NCBI GenBank assembly: GCA_951406725.2
Contig: OX597816.1
Span: 133,300,001 to 133,364,000, forward strand
Source: Octopus vulgaris
Taxonomy: Eukaryota
DNA length: 64,000 nt
Direction: 5' to 3'
The translations under genes were made by a program, and so were the position numbers. The notes under the pieces are model-generated. The model saw nothing but the letters and a program-made list of their open reading frames with translations, had not been told where the DNA came from and did no database searches. This document shows, in pieces, positions 1 to 12,800 of this stretch. Position 1 is the first letter of the stretch, and the number at the start of each line of letters is the position of its first letter.

Positions 1-43
1 AGTATTAAGTCGATTCTATCGACACCAGTGCGAACTCACGAAC

Positions 44-262
44 GTGTATGTATGCTTGTGTGCGTATGTGTGTATGTATATCTCCGTTTGTATGTGTGTG
101 TGTACGCTTATATATTAATTACTGTGCTTGTGCAAATGTATATGCATGTGTTTGAGAGAGAGAGAGAGAGAGAGTGACAGAGTGTGTGTGTGTGTGTGTG
201 TGCAAGTGTACGTGTGTATGTATCTGAATATATGTGTGTGCAAGTGTATGCGGCGTGCGTCT
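44..262. repeat. Compound microsatellite (TG/TATG/GA)n
   Basis: Directly visible dinucleotide and tetranucleotide runs. Confidence 0.9.
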
Positions 263-1140
263 GCTATGTTTCTTTATCAATATCGATAACGCAGCAAATG
301 ATTTGAGCTCAAATGCTGGCATTTCATTGGTTAAAATTCGAAGAATTAAACTACGTTAAACTTACAAATTACAATTTTGTTTACAATATTGTTTTCTTTT
401 GACACATTCTACCAGTATACGAAGTTTCAAATTGTTTAGTTAACTAGGAAAATCTGGCCTTCAAAAGGAAAAGATCCATTTCCTAGTAATGTAAGTCACG
501 ATATAATTGTTTCTTTCTTATCTACAAATAAACCTATTCAGTTATTCAGAAAGAAATTCTTTTCTTTAATATATATATAGACGACAGATTGTCTTGACAT
601 TTAACGTTCATTTTGAAACAGCCTTCTTTCACAGAAAAATTATCTCATTCACCAGAGAACGTTGTGTTTGAATGAATTTCATAATCTTCTGTAGAAAAAG
701 AAATTGTCAAGTGTTCCTTAATCTATAAACTTCCATACAATCATTTTCACGTATACTAATATAAAGAAATTCATACTTTGAATATGAATTTTCATATACA
801 CTCTTGTCTTGTAAACGGCCATTGTACCGCTGACACCACAGATCGCTTCGGCGATATGCGCAGATGAATTCATACATTTTGGGACTGATCGCATATTGTC
901 ACACAGATAGCTTCTATAATTTCGGAGTAGTTTTTTTTTTTCTCACTCCCAGTCGGTAATATTACTATTGTGTGGTAGGTTAAGAAATGATCAATTATTT
1001 CATTTAATCTTTGTGCAAAATCTATATTTTTCATATTATAATATTCGTTTGTTATACTTTTTTTTTTGCCGCTCGTGTTACAAAAGTCGTGACGGATATG
1101 AAGATATGTGTGTGTGTGTGTGTGTGTGGTCAGTTAATAA

Positions 1141-1570
1141 AGAAGCACACTCTAAAAAAATAGAGCAGTAATTATTACAACAAAATTTTATATAGAGTTA
1201 CCCAAGGTTTCCCACCCACAAGCCTCGGCTTGTGGGTGGGAAACCTTGAGTAACTCTATATAAAATTTTGTGGATACATTTAGAAAGTACTTCTTTGTGG
1301 TTGTTTAATGCGCGAGGCTTCTGAAAATCCTAATGAATTTTGGCTCTCTCCGTGATACATATCTTCCAACGGCCACTTCCATTAATATACGCGCCCGGAA
1401 AATCAATTAATTTCCACATTAACATCGCACGGGGTCCCTTGATCTTTGAGATTCCACACATGGCGGGCCAGAGACGTGACAAACCGTCTTTCTGTGACTC
1501 TGAAGGATAACTAGTGGTTAAAAAAACCTTTCTTGAACGAAGTACTCACAATATATTTATAAACATGGGA
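1141..1570 (-). mobile_element. Penelope-like element relic (GIY-YIG endonuclease C-terminus plus fold-back terminus)
   Basis: Minus-strand broken peptide KYIVSTSFKKGFFNH*LSFR..TSLARHVWNLKD..WKLI..Y..ICITERAKI..LNNHKEVLSKCIH parallels the GIY-YIG relic at 49.8-50.1 kb. It ends in a 44-bp inverted repeat and lies next to (TG)n. Confidence 0.7.
1181..1270. repeat. Near-perfect 44-bp palindrome (hairpin, 2-nt loop, one mismatch)
   Basis: CAAAATTTTATATAGAGTTACCCAAGGTTTCCCACCCACAAGCC-TC-GGCTTGTGGGTGGGAAACCTTGAGTAACTCTATATAAAATTTTG. Confidence 0.97.
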
Positions 1571-2144
1571 TGTGGTCCTATTCGCACTCCTGGTAACATT
1601 TGGCACGGGTCATCCATCGGTATCGAAGATGAATGTTTGGTCCTCATCTGAGGCGGCGGAACTGGGAATGGCAGACACCTCCTCCAAGTCTTTTTCTGGA
1701 TAGATCAATGTTTCCAGGTGCAGCGTTTGTATTGGTCACTTCATCTGCATCTATGGTTTGTTCATTATCCGTGGCGGTGGTATCGAGATCTTCGGTGATG
1801 CTGGTCTCGGCTTGGTTATTATCTCTGGGCGTGGCCACTGTATTGGCGAGACTCGGTTAATTTGCTGTTCGATGTTACATTACTTTTATAACGGATATTA
1901 GATTTAGTTATCACTGTAGCCTCATATGTGACACCTTCAGCCTCGCATCGGCCTCATACTGGACAGTTATATGCAGTTGTTATTACAGGCGCATATGGAA
2001 ACATGTAATGAAATGACGCATACAGTGGTAGCTTCTTTAATGAACCTATGAATATATTCATACGAAGTTATGTCGAACATATATACTCGTTGGAAACAGT
2101 CGTCACATGAACATATTTCAAAGAAAAAAAAAATACATGTATCA

Positions 2145-2217
2145 CGAGCTCGCCAGGAGTCGAACCTGGATTCTCCTGATCCGTAGTCAGGCGCGTTATC
2201 CATTGCGCCACGAGCCC
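2145..2217 (-). tRNA. tRNA-Arg (anticodon ACG)
   Basis: Reverse complement is GGGCTCGTGGCGCAATGGATAACGCGCCTGACTACGGATCAGGAGAATCCAGGTTCGACTCCTGGCGAGCTCG (73 nt). It has a complete cloverleaf, A/B boxes, anticodon arm CTGAC-TACGG-ATCAG, and a downstream T run (2124-2133) as Pol III terminator. Confidence 0.96.
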
Positions 2218-2842
2218 ACCTGCGTTCTCTGTAATTTTAAATGACAATATGACAAAATCATCAATTTAAATGTTTCATTTTATCGTTGGCGTTAGCTTTC
2301 CTTCCTCCAGTGGATTAAGAAGGTCTCAAATAATTTATTTCATCTTACAGCGTAACTTCTACTTGTCATTCAAAATCTCGTACTAATGTTCTACTTCGTT
2401 AGCAGGTCATATTGGCTGGCTCCTGACTGAAGTTATTATTTATTGAGGAAAACTGTAAATAGGGGTATTCTGATTAGGAGAATCACTCTTCTGGACATGT
2501 ACATAATGTAATCACGCAAATGAACTTGTACATATTGAAATCACGCAAATGCCAGCTTGCATATACTATGAAGACAGCGGGATGAAAAAATATGTTAAGT
2601 TTTTATTGTAAATGAAAACTGTTTGAAATATGAAGGAAATTGGACATGGATAAATAATAATTGGGCATGGTCAATGCTTTGTAGTAATATTAAATGAATT
2701 ATTGGAAGGTGTCTTAATTCAGAGCAGGAAAGGCGCGTATCCTTAACAAGAGAGTTCGTATAACAATTTAACATTGTATCATATTATAAGTTAGATTGGC
2801 AGAAACTTCTGTACATTTTGGGATGCTATTATAATTCTTTGT

Positions 2843-3090
2843 GGAGGCGCGTGGCTTAGTAGTTAGGGTGTCAGCATCATGATCGTAAGATTGTGGTTTC
2901 GATTCCTGGACCGGGCGACGCATTGTGATCTTGAGTAAAACACTTCATTTCACGTTGCTCCAGTCCACTCAGCTGGCAAAAATGAGTAACGCTGCGATGG
3001 ACTGGCGTCCCGTCCAGCTGGGGAACACATACGCCATTGAAACCGGGTAACCGGGCTCATGAGCTTGGCTAGGCTTTAAAAGGGCGCATT
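2843..3090 (+). mobile_element. tRNA-derived SINE with CORE-like central domain (related copies near 39200-39510, 50870-51190 and minus 47400-47675)
   Basis: A box (TGGCTTAGTAGTTAG) and B box (GTTTCGATTCC), followed by TTGAGTAAAACACTTCATTTCAC..CAGTCCACTCAGCTG..AAATGAGTA and an AT-rich tail. Confidence 0.75.
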
Positions 3091-4352
3091 TATTTTCATT
3101 TTATTATAATTCTTCTGTTGAAAATAGCCAAATTGGTTGAAATGCACCTCTTGGATAATCAATACAAGGAATGACCTGACAATGGGGAGGAATAGCATCC
3201 TAAACATAGTGAAAGGGGAAGGTGATGCTAAAAGTTCGAAAACCATTGTTATGTACGTATATATACCGTAGTTTTCAATGTATGACATGCGGTTTCTTTC
3301 TGCCAAATGGGTCTTATGCAGTTGTTATTACCGGATGCTCGGGATATTTTCGGACTATTTTTGTTTCTCATTTGTTTTGTAACCAATTGATCAACTAATA
3401 TATTTTCATGTGTATTTATTGCATCCCAATGGGGTATTACATGGATTAAGTTGTGATTTTCGGGGTTACGGGTCTATGAGTGTTGTGGTTCATAGTCCTG
3501 AAATTACGGTACATGAATGTATGTCATTTTTTCCATGTTAATTATCCTACATTTTATAGAGGACCACGAATCATCGAAAAAAGGGTAAGGAGATTGACAT
3601 GTAAAATTTTTTGAAAAGTTTGAGAACCAGTGAATTAGAAGAATGGAATAAATCTTTCCACACCTGACACGCGCGGATTTTATATAGACTTTTGATGTAA
3701 CAAAGTTTAAACCTCCGTAGAACAGTTAAAGTATTGAACGATGCAGTTGCTGAACATGTATGCTAATTTTGTATTGTAGGTAAATGAATACACATCATTG
3801 AATATATATATATAAATTTTCAAAGTTTTAAGTTTCAAAGATTACAAATCTCAACAGTGAAATCTCGAATTTTCATACCCTTTGCAGCACAAGACACATG
3901 CGTAACATTCTCTGTTACATGATATCACTACACAACCTGTAATTGTCGTATAAATCTGTAGCATTACACTTAGTACATCCTCTCTCTCTAACAAATATAA
4001 TACAAATACTGACGTAGCAGATAACAGCCATCCTTCGGCCCCTTATGCCCAGCTGCGTCAAACTTGGTGCATAAGAAAATTGGACATTTCGTTCTTAATG
4101 ACCTGATATATATGTTCTAGTTCATTATATAAACTACCACACTGATTTATAGTATAAGTATCACCAGCTACTCTGATGGAAGACGAAGTGTTAAAACAGA
4201 ATCAATAATTTATATTAATATAAAATTCTTTATTTCATATAATATACAAATGTCATTGACAATTATTAAAAGAAAAGAAATAAAGATGTGTTCAAATGAA
4301 ACAACTATGTACAGCTTTAGTTGAAATTGAGTCAAGTATGTGGTTGGTTTCT

Positions 4353-7300
4353 TTATACAGTTTGAATGATTAGCTTTCTCTTAGAGTCATGGCTAAAGCG
4401 ATGAGTTCTGAACAGATCACTATCAAAGAATGTTGTCAAACTGTAGATGTTGATTTGTCTTGCCTGCAAAAGAAAAAGCATAGAAAGAAAAATATATTTA
4501 TAGCAAAATAAAGTCTTATGTCAATAGAACGGAACAATCTTAACACTTATATCAACTTGTTTCATACAAACTTTCTATCAAAAGTGATCTACATCAAAAC
4601 TTTCTTTCAAAATTTCATGCTATGACCATGTATGAGTTAATTAAATTCTTTATTTTCAAAATTTATTGAAATAAAGGCAGTGTATTTCAAAAGAAACAGA
4701 AAGGGTTAAAAAACTAGCATTATTTTTTCTTAGATACAAATTATATACTCATTAGCATAAACACACCCCAAAATCACCATTCTATACATACAGAACATTT
4801 TTGATTTACAGGTTTCAAAGACTAATATGTTCATAACCTAATGACTTATCAAGAATATTTATGGTCCATGAACAAATATAACTAATCTAATTTGAACCTA
4901 TTTTTAATTGCATAAAACATTTATGCATATATATGCAAATTTCTGAATATTTTTCTCCAAAAAGAGTGGCTTTTCTGCTTTTGTTTTTTCATAAGTGCTG
5001 ACAAAATGAATATCTTAAACACACATTGGTCAACAAACCATCTCTATTTCTGACATTCCATTACACACATTGTTTTTATCTTCAACTTCATCCAGTTTTC
5101 AGGTCACCAATCTAAGTTTGTCTCCAAATATTTCATGGTAAGCCACTGTGTTATATTACTAAATTCAAACTTACAAACATAATGCCTACACAGCAATCCT
5201 GAATTCTGGTAAGCTTAATCAAACAGTTAATAGCCTAGTATTTGTATATCAGTTAAAATGACAGCAAGTAAGTTGACAATGTCAGAACTACATAAGTGAC
5301 ATTATTATTATTTTAAAAAATAACTTAGAAACATTTTCATAACATATTTGAAAACATGACAAAGGGTGAGGCTAAAATACAAAATCAAGTTAAAATTAGA
5401 TAAAAAAAAAAATAATTATCTCACTTTATCAGCCAAGTCCTTTTCTGATATCTCTATCTGTTCTTGCTGAAGACCAAACCGATTTCTTTGGAATGACATT
5501 TGGTCTTGAGCAAGTTGTTTCAAGATGAAAAGCAATAACTCATTGTTGTCTTTACGGAATGTCAAGTACTGACTGAAGGTCTGAAAACCAAAGAAATGAA
5601 AATTAGAAGAATATCTATAGTAAAGTTTATGAAAAGAATGACCACATTCAAGAAAGCTTTAGCTCAAGTTAGTCTTCATATGACTTCAAATTTTTTCATC
5701 ATGTCTCTAATCAAGGTAGATATCATCTTTCTATTAATTGAAGTCAAATCTAGATGAGGAAGTGATACCACTTTGAAGAATTTAGATACAAATAACCAAA
5801 TCTGCAGACTTGACCAGTTCATATCTATAGTGTGGAAAATGAAATGGCAAAATATATTTTTGTTTCAGTCTGCAGCTATGCTGGAACACCACCTTAAAGG
5901 GCTTTAGTTGAAGAAATTAATCCCAAGACTTATTCTTTGCATGCCTAATACTTATATTGGTACCTTCTGCCAAACCACTAAGTTACAGGGACATAAACAC
6001 ATCAGCATCAGTTGTCAAGTGATGGCAAGGGTACAAATACAGACACATACACACACACATATATATATACACACAATGTTTTTCATCTACCAAATCCACT
6101 CACAAGGCTACAGTAGAAGACACTTGCCCAAGATGCCATGCAGTGGAACTGAACCCAGAACCATAAAAAAAAAGAAAAAAAACCGTTTACTTACTTTTCT
6201 CATACTTCTCATTACACTGAACTTCTGCGTATTGATGAAACTCTCAAGCATGATACGGATAGCCATGTTGACATCATCTTCATTGACATAGTCACGCAGA
6301 TGCATTCGGGCATGAGCTTCAGCCATACGAATCATTGATTCAATATGACGAACTGTAATTGGTATACTTCCAGTTGACTGAGGAATGAAACAAATGCTTT
6401 TGATAATTAAAGTAAATCATATTAGTGTATACAAATATAGTACATTCTCTCTCTCCCTATACAATATTCAATACCTAAATACATGACATATCTGGATCCA
6501 TCACCTGAGTCACAAGGAAGGTTTTCTGCAGGCAAAAGAACTGAGCCAGGATTCATCACCTGGGCCAGTAGAAGTGACAGAGGAAGGATACATGTTGGTG
6601 GACTAACAACTGTTGCATGTAATGAGAGAATTTTCAGATTGGTTTATTTTTTGGATGCAATCGAAAATATGTGACCCACACTTGTTGGACATTTTCTAGC
6701 TTTTAAGTTCAAGCCTGAACAATTTTGGTTATGTTATTAACAATGAAAGGTAAACTTTGTGAAGCTTAGGATATTGTAAAAGTTTTATTTGTGCTATTAT
6801 TTTTAAGGTTCTTTCTATAGCCAGCACTGATTTCTGCTACGTTTTGCATCGAGACAGATGTAAACAAGTAATGAGATTGGAGACAAAAGTGGGTAATGAG
6901 TGTATATGCCATATTTCAGGAGGCTGTTGCCCTTTCATTAGCAGCCATCTAACCCACTTGTCTCCGAACACATTGCTTATATAGCCACTGCATACAGCGG
7001 TGTTAATCATCATCATCATCATCGTTTAACGTCCGTTCTCCATGCTAGCATGGGTTGGACGGTTCGACTGGGGATCTGGGAAGCCAGAAGGCTGCACCAG
7101 GCTCCAGTCTTATCTGGCAATGTTTCTACAGCTGGATGCCCTTCCTAACGCCAGGATATACCAATCTACATATCAGACGCATTCCTGGAACTGGTATGTA
7201 AATATTGAAGATTTGTAGATACATGGCACTTTGTTATGCAAACACAATATACTATGAAGTATACTAAATGTCTTTATAAGTCAGTACCACATCCTACTGC

Positions 7301-9805
7301 ATCAGCAGTGCTTGTTACATTATTTGCTACATTTCATAGATGTCAGATGAAGGAGCAACAACCCCCAAAATATGGCATATACACTCATTACCCACTTTTG
7401 TCTCCGATCTCATTGCCTCTTTACATCTGATGTCTCAAAATGAAATGTAGCAAAAATCAGTGCTAGCTGTAGTTTCTATAGAATATCTGTAGAAACAACC
7501 TCAAAAATAATGTAAACAAGCACTGCTGATGCAATAGGATGTGGTACTGACTTATAAAAACATTGAGTATATTGTGTTTACATAATGAAGTGCCACATAC
7601 CTACAAACCTTCAATGTTTTATTTGTGCTGTTCACAAGCTGTAATTTTATACATGTGACATTTTTAATATATGCAATGACAGTGTCTTGGTAATGTTAAG
7701 ATACATCAGAATAATAGAAAGTGAGTTGGAAAGAGCTTCATAGACTGACAGGAATTTCTGATCAAAGAGACGAGAGAGAGCTGAAACCTATAACTGGACA
7801 ATGGTAAGCCAGAGGTTTCTAGTATTGAAAACTAATATAATTTTGTTTAACTCTTTCATTTCTGTAATTCATTCCTTGTGTTTCAATTCACCCAGAACTT
7901 AACTAGTTTCATAAAACAATTACAACTTTTTTTGATGATTAATATATTAATGTCATGATTGGAACTGAGAAGGCTCTTACGTAAATATATTGATGAAAAT
8001 TTTTCCCTCGAAACAATTTTAATTACAGGTAAAGACAATTCAATGAAATGCAAAATCATTTAAATTTTGTTTAAACAATGTAAAATTAGTAGCCAATAGC
8101 TACGGGTTTTATAAAAAAAGGGTTAAATGAAAAGCAGATGTAAACATTCTTACTACATTAAGTGTAATTAGGAAGAACATACCATTGACTCACGACGCAA
8201 CTCTGCATACATCTTGGCTACTTTGTCTTGATCCATTTGATGTAGTTTTGGAGAAGTTTTCTCTTTGGCATAAATGACGTATTTCCGCAGCAATTCTTGA
8301 GGTATAGGTTCAATACCAGAAACATTTAAGGAAACCTAAAAGAAAAATAAAACAGGTTTGAACAAGCAAAAAGAAATTCAGGAAAGGAATAATCTTCAAA
8401 CTTTAACACATTTTAGTATCCACTCCATTAAAAAAAAAAAAAAAAAAGGTAATCCTTCATTACTATAAAATTCTAAGGGGTATCTGAAAATCCTATATCA
8501 GGAGGCACAGGAATGGTTGTGTGGAAGTATCTTCTTCTGTAGCCTCGAGCCAACCAAAGCCTTGTGAGTGGATTTGGTAGACGGAAACTGAAAGAAGTCC
8601 GTCGTGTGTGTATATATATATATATATACTAGCAGTATCGCCCGGCGTTGCTCGGGTTGTAAGGGAAATAACTATATAAGCATTTTTAGAGAGTTATAGC
8701 CAAAAAATAGCAAAAAAATGCATTAAAAATTGAAAAAAAATTAAGGTAAATTTTTTTTTTAAATCGTTGACACATCGTAGATATTTTTAGAGAGTTACTT
8801 CCCTTATATAAAAGCGAAAAAATGCATTAAAATGGAAAAATATGATGGTAAATTTTTTTAAAATCGTAGACTCATTGTAGACGCGCGCTAATACCCAGAA
8901 GGGCTCGATATGAATCACGACTATAAGATACCCGCTTTTGGTTAAAATGCACCGCAAAATGTGGGAGTAGTTACGAATCTAAATCGAAGGGGACAGACAC
9001 ACAACTTCACTCTTATATAAAGATGCTTTTTTTTTTTCAGTCATAGAGTTAGATTTATGAAGGTCTTCAGTAGAAAATCCTTCGAATTCTGACTCGCTGC
9101 TTTATATAATGAAATTCGTATCCATTTTTTGTCAGAATTACAAATTTTGAAAAACACAATAGGAACAAATTTCGGAAAAAAATCTCCCATAATTCACGGA
9201 ATTAAAATTACACTTCGATTTTTGTACAAAACTGTATTTGAAGTGTTTACGAAGTATAATACGTGTTTTCACGAATGTACTAAAGAGATTTACTCTGATA
9301 TTCTCATTTAAATATGAATAGGTAAATTCGGGCGGTTTGGTAACGAAAGGGTTTATATAAGTGTCGTCTGTTTATACATAAACACTATTTCATACTTTCA
9401 GTTTAGTCTTCCTCAGATCACTCTGTCGCTAATTTACTCTCTTCCAAGAACATTTTCACTCACTCTTATCTGTTAGCTTCCCATACATTTTACTCATGTA
9501 TCTATCAGCGTGATAGACAGAAACAAATATTACATCTAGTTTCACTTTATTCGTTGCACACTGTGTGTGTGCGTTTGCGTGTGGTGTAAACCAGACTAAG
9601 AAAAGCATTTGACACACACACCAGAATGTGAGTTTTCTGTAAATTTTGCTTAATTGGAGTTTAAATTTTAAAAACTGGACCTGGCATGACGCGATGCATT
9701 CTACTCTTAAAAATGCTAGGTAAATTGTAATTGAAGAAATCCTATATTGTAGATTTCTATAACTCCCAAAGGGAGGCAGATAAAATCTGCCTTTTATAAT
9801 AAGAG

Positions 9806-9845
<40 letters not shown>

Positions 9846-12800
9846 TCCCACCCCCACCATCGCTTGACAACCAACGTTGGTGTATTTACCTGCCCGTGAA
9901 CTTAGTGGTTCGGCAAAAGAGACCGATAGAATAAGTACTAGGCATACAAAGAATAAGTCTTGGGGTCAATTTGTTAGACTAAAGGCGGTGCTCCAGCATG
10001 GCCAGTCAAATAACTGAAACAAATAAAAGAGTAGATAAAACTAAAAAATCTAATGAGTTGTCACAACTAAGCCTTACTGTCTTTATCCTCCAACTGTATC
10101 AAATACAATCTAAATCCAATCATCATCATCGTCCGCTTTCCATGCTAGCATGTGTTGGACAATTTTGACTGAGGGCTGGCGAACCAGATGGCTGCACCAG
10201 GCTCCAATCTTGATCTGACAGAGTTTCTACAGCCGGATGCCCTTCATAACACCAACCACTCCGAGAGTGTAGTGGGTGCTTTTTACGTGCCACCGGCATG
10301 GTAATATAAACATTAATCTAAGTGCTGACTAAAGGAAAGGTAAATCAAAAAAGGACAAAAATTAAAAAAGAATTTACCATTTCTTCATCCCATCTTATGT
10401 CATCGTTGTTGCTTGGATGGTGCTTCATGTGGCTACTAACAACAAACTTTGCCAATCGTTCATCCTGATCATAACAAAGTTACAATTAGCATAACGGGTT
10501 CCAAAGAAAGTAACAAAGCTAATACAGTTTGGTCATGAAAAAATTTTGTGAATGGTGCTACAACTTAAGATTATTATCAAACTTAAAGGTGATAAAACTT
10601 CAGAATTAGTAATTCTTTCAAAATAGTTATCTATACATATAAAACAGATGTCTGTTTGTGTGTGTAAGCATGTTATGCATTTCCACATTTTTCAACCTAT
10701 TTCACTCAAACTTGACACACTGATAGCTTATCCACCAAGGGTTGTCATGACCTACTTTATATTTTCCAAACACCCCACCCACCGCATAACCAAAAACTGC
10801 GAATAACTGTTTTTTTGAGCAATTTCCTCCAAATCTGATGTGAACATTACTTATGACATAATTGTCAAGGTCATCCACATTGTGAAAAGTCCATGAATAA
10901 CGGCGTAAAAATTGATTTTTTGCCAATAATTTCCAGTTTCCAACCGATTCACTCCAAATTTGGTGCAAACATTACTCATGTTTTAAGAATTGTTTTAAAC
11001 TTATGTTTTGTCAAGTCAATCTGTGCTGAATGTGAAACGTCTACAAATAACTGTGTAAAATTCTTTTTTTTGCCAATAACTTCCACAGTTCCCAAACCGA
11101 TTCACTCCAAATTTGGCAAGAATATTACCCATGCTTAATTGACTGTTTTAAACTAATGTTTTGTTAAGATTATTTGCATTAAATTTGCAATTTACTGGAT
11201 TAAACTGCTGTGAGAATGACAAAAAAAGCCCTTTTCAGGGCTACTTCACCTGTGATTGCTACACCATCTAAGAACGCATTAAACAACCTTCTCAGGACTT
11301 CATATTAAACTGTTACCACTTGGTTTCAATGGTACCCGGCAACCAATTTTATTATAATTTTGTTACAATTTGGCATTAACTTTATTTATGACATAGTAAA
11401 TTTACTAAGTATCAAAAACATTATAGTATTTGAATCCCAAGCAATGCAGGGTACTTCTGCTAGTTAGGAATAAAGGAAGATCAGGTTTTCTGAATCCCTT
11501 CTTTGAGTCACAAAAGAAGGCAGTTCAAAGGAATAGAATTACTTGGCTATTTCTTGAAAAAATGTTATACAAACTTTCCCTTGAGATGGTAATAAATGGT
11601 TTTGAGGGTATTTGTTTGTAGTATGTGAATACAAGTAAGACATTACATTATATATCCTGTAGTCTGGCTGACTGTTGGGGCACCACTGATAACTTTGTGA
11701 CCAGATCCCTCCACCCATCTCTGACTTCTGCCTCTGCATTGCACCTCTCATCTTTAGGCCTGTCCACTCACAGATGTTGTTTTCCCACCTCTTTCTCTGT
11801 CCGCCTCTGCAACCTTTGACTTCCTTGAAGGATTGTTTTGGCCATCCTTGATGAGCAGGTGACATGCCCAAACTACCTGAGCTGGCACTTCTTTACTGAG
11901 ATAAGAAGTTCCTCATAGGGCCCTATTGCCTGCCTTATTCTACTTTTCACTTCCTCATTTGTGTCACAATCTCTGTATTATATTCCCAAAAGTCTCCTAT
12001 AACATTTCCTCTCTGTAGCCTGGATTCTTCTTGCAATTTTTGCTGTCAGTGTCCATGTTCTTGGCAGGATTATGACCAATGCACTGGAAGACCACAATGG
12101 TACCATTAGCATTGGCAGCAGAAACCTAATAAACTTGTGCTTTGCAGATGATATTGTTGGACTGGTGGGCTCAGAACAAGAGCTGAAACAACTAGTAGAG
12201 TGCCTAGACAAGACCTCCAATGAATTTGGCATGGGTTGAGAAACTACCCAATGGAAATCAGTACCAACATAAGCATTAGTGGAGTTGAGCTTGAACAAAT
12301 TCAAAACTTCAAATATCTTGGGATAATAGTGAGTGACCAAGGTTCCAAGCCAGAAGTGATATCCTGCATTGCCAAAGCAACAGCAGCAATGACCAAATTC
12401 AGAACAGTGGAAAGACAGAAATATCTCAATGAACTCCAAAATTAGGCTAATGAAATTACTAGTGATCTCAATATTCCTGACAAGGATGATATACAAACAA
12501 TTTACATTGATTGGACAAAACAAAAAAACAATTTAGAAATTAGTTTCAAAAGTTAAATATTTACCTGAATAGGATCAACTGTATCACGCACCACACACAA
12601 GACATCAAAACGAGATAAGATAGGTTCAGTTAAATCAACCTAAAAATTGAAAAACAAAATAATTTGATCCAATTAGACATCTCAGAAATAAACATTCATT
12701 AAAAGAACAGAATACATTATTTTCATTCATAATATTAATGATTCTCTTGGAAAGTAAACTCTCTTCAAAGAACCAAAGCTCATCAATTTTATTGAAAAAC

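Noticed and set aside
1967-2203. 78-aa ORF MDNAPDYGSGESRFDSW..
   Set aside because: It is a translation of the tRNA-Arg gene and its flank, not a protein.
2843-2915. tRNA-like sequence with A and B boxes
   Set aside because: The cloverleaf is imperfect and continues into a SINE body that recurs elsewhere in the window.
3076-3600. Possible coding or transposon remnant downstream of MCM2
   Set aside because: No motif could be recognised in the frames I examined, so it is left unassigned.
7520-7575. CTGATGC..AAAAC possible extra hammerhead in arm B'
   Set aside because: Both core segments deviate in both arms and the stems are weak, so support is insufficient.
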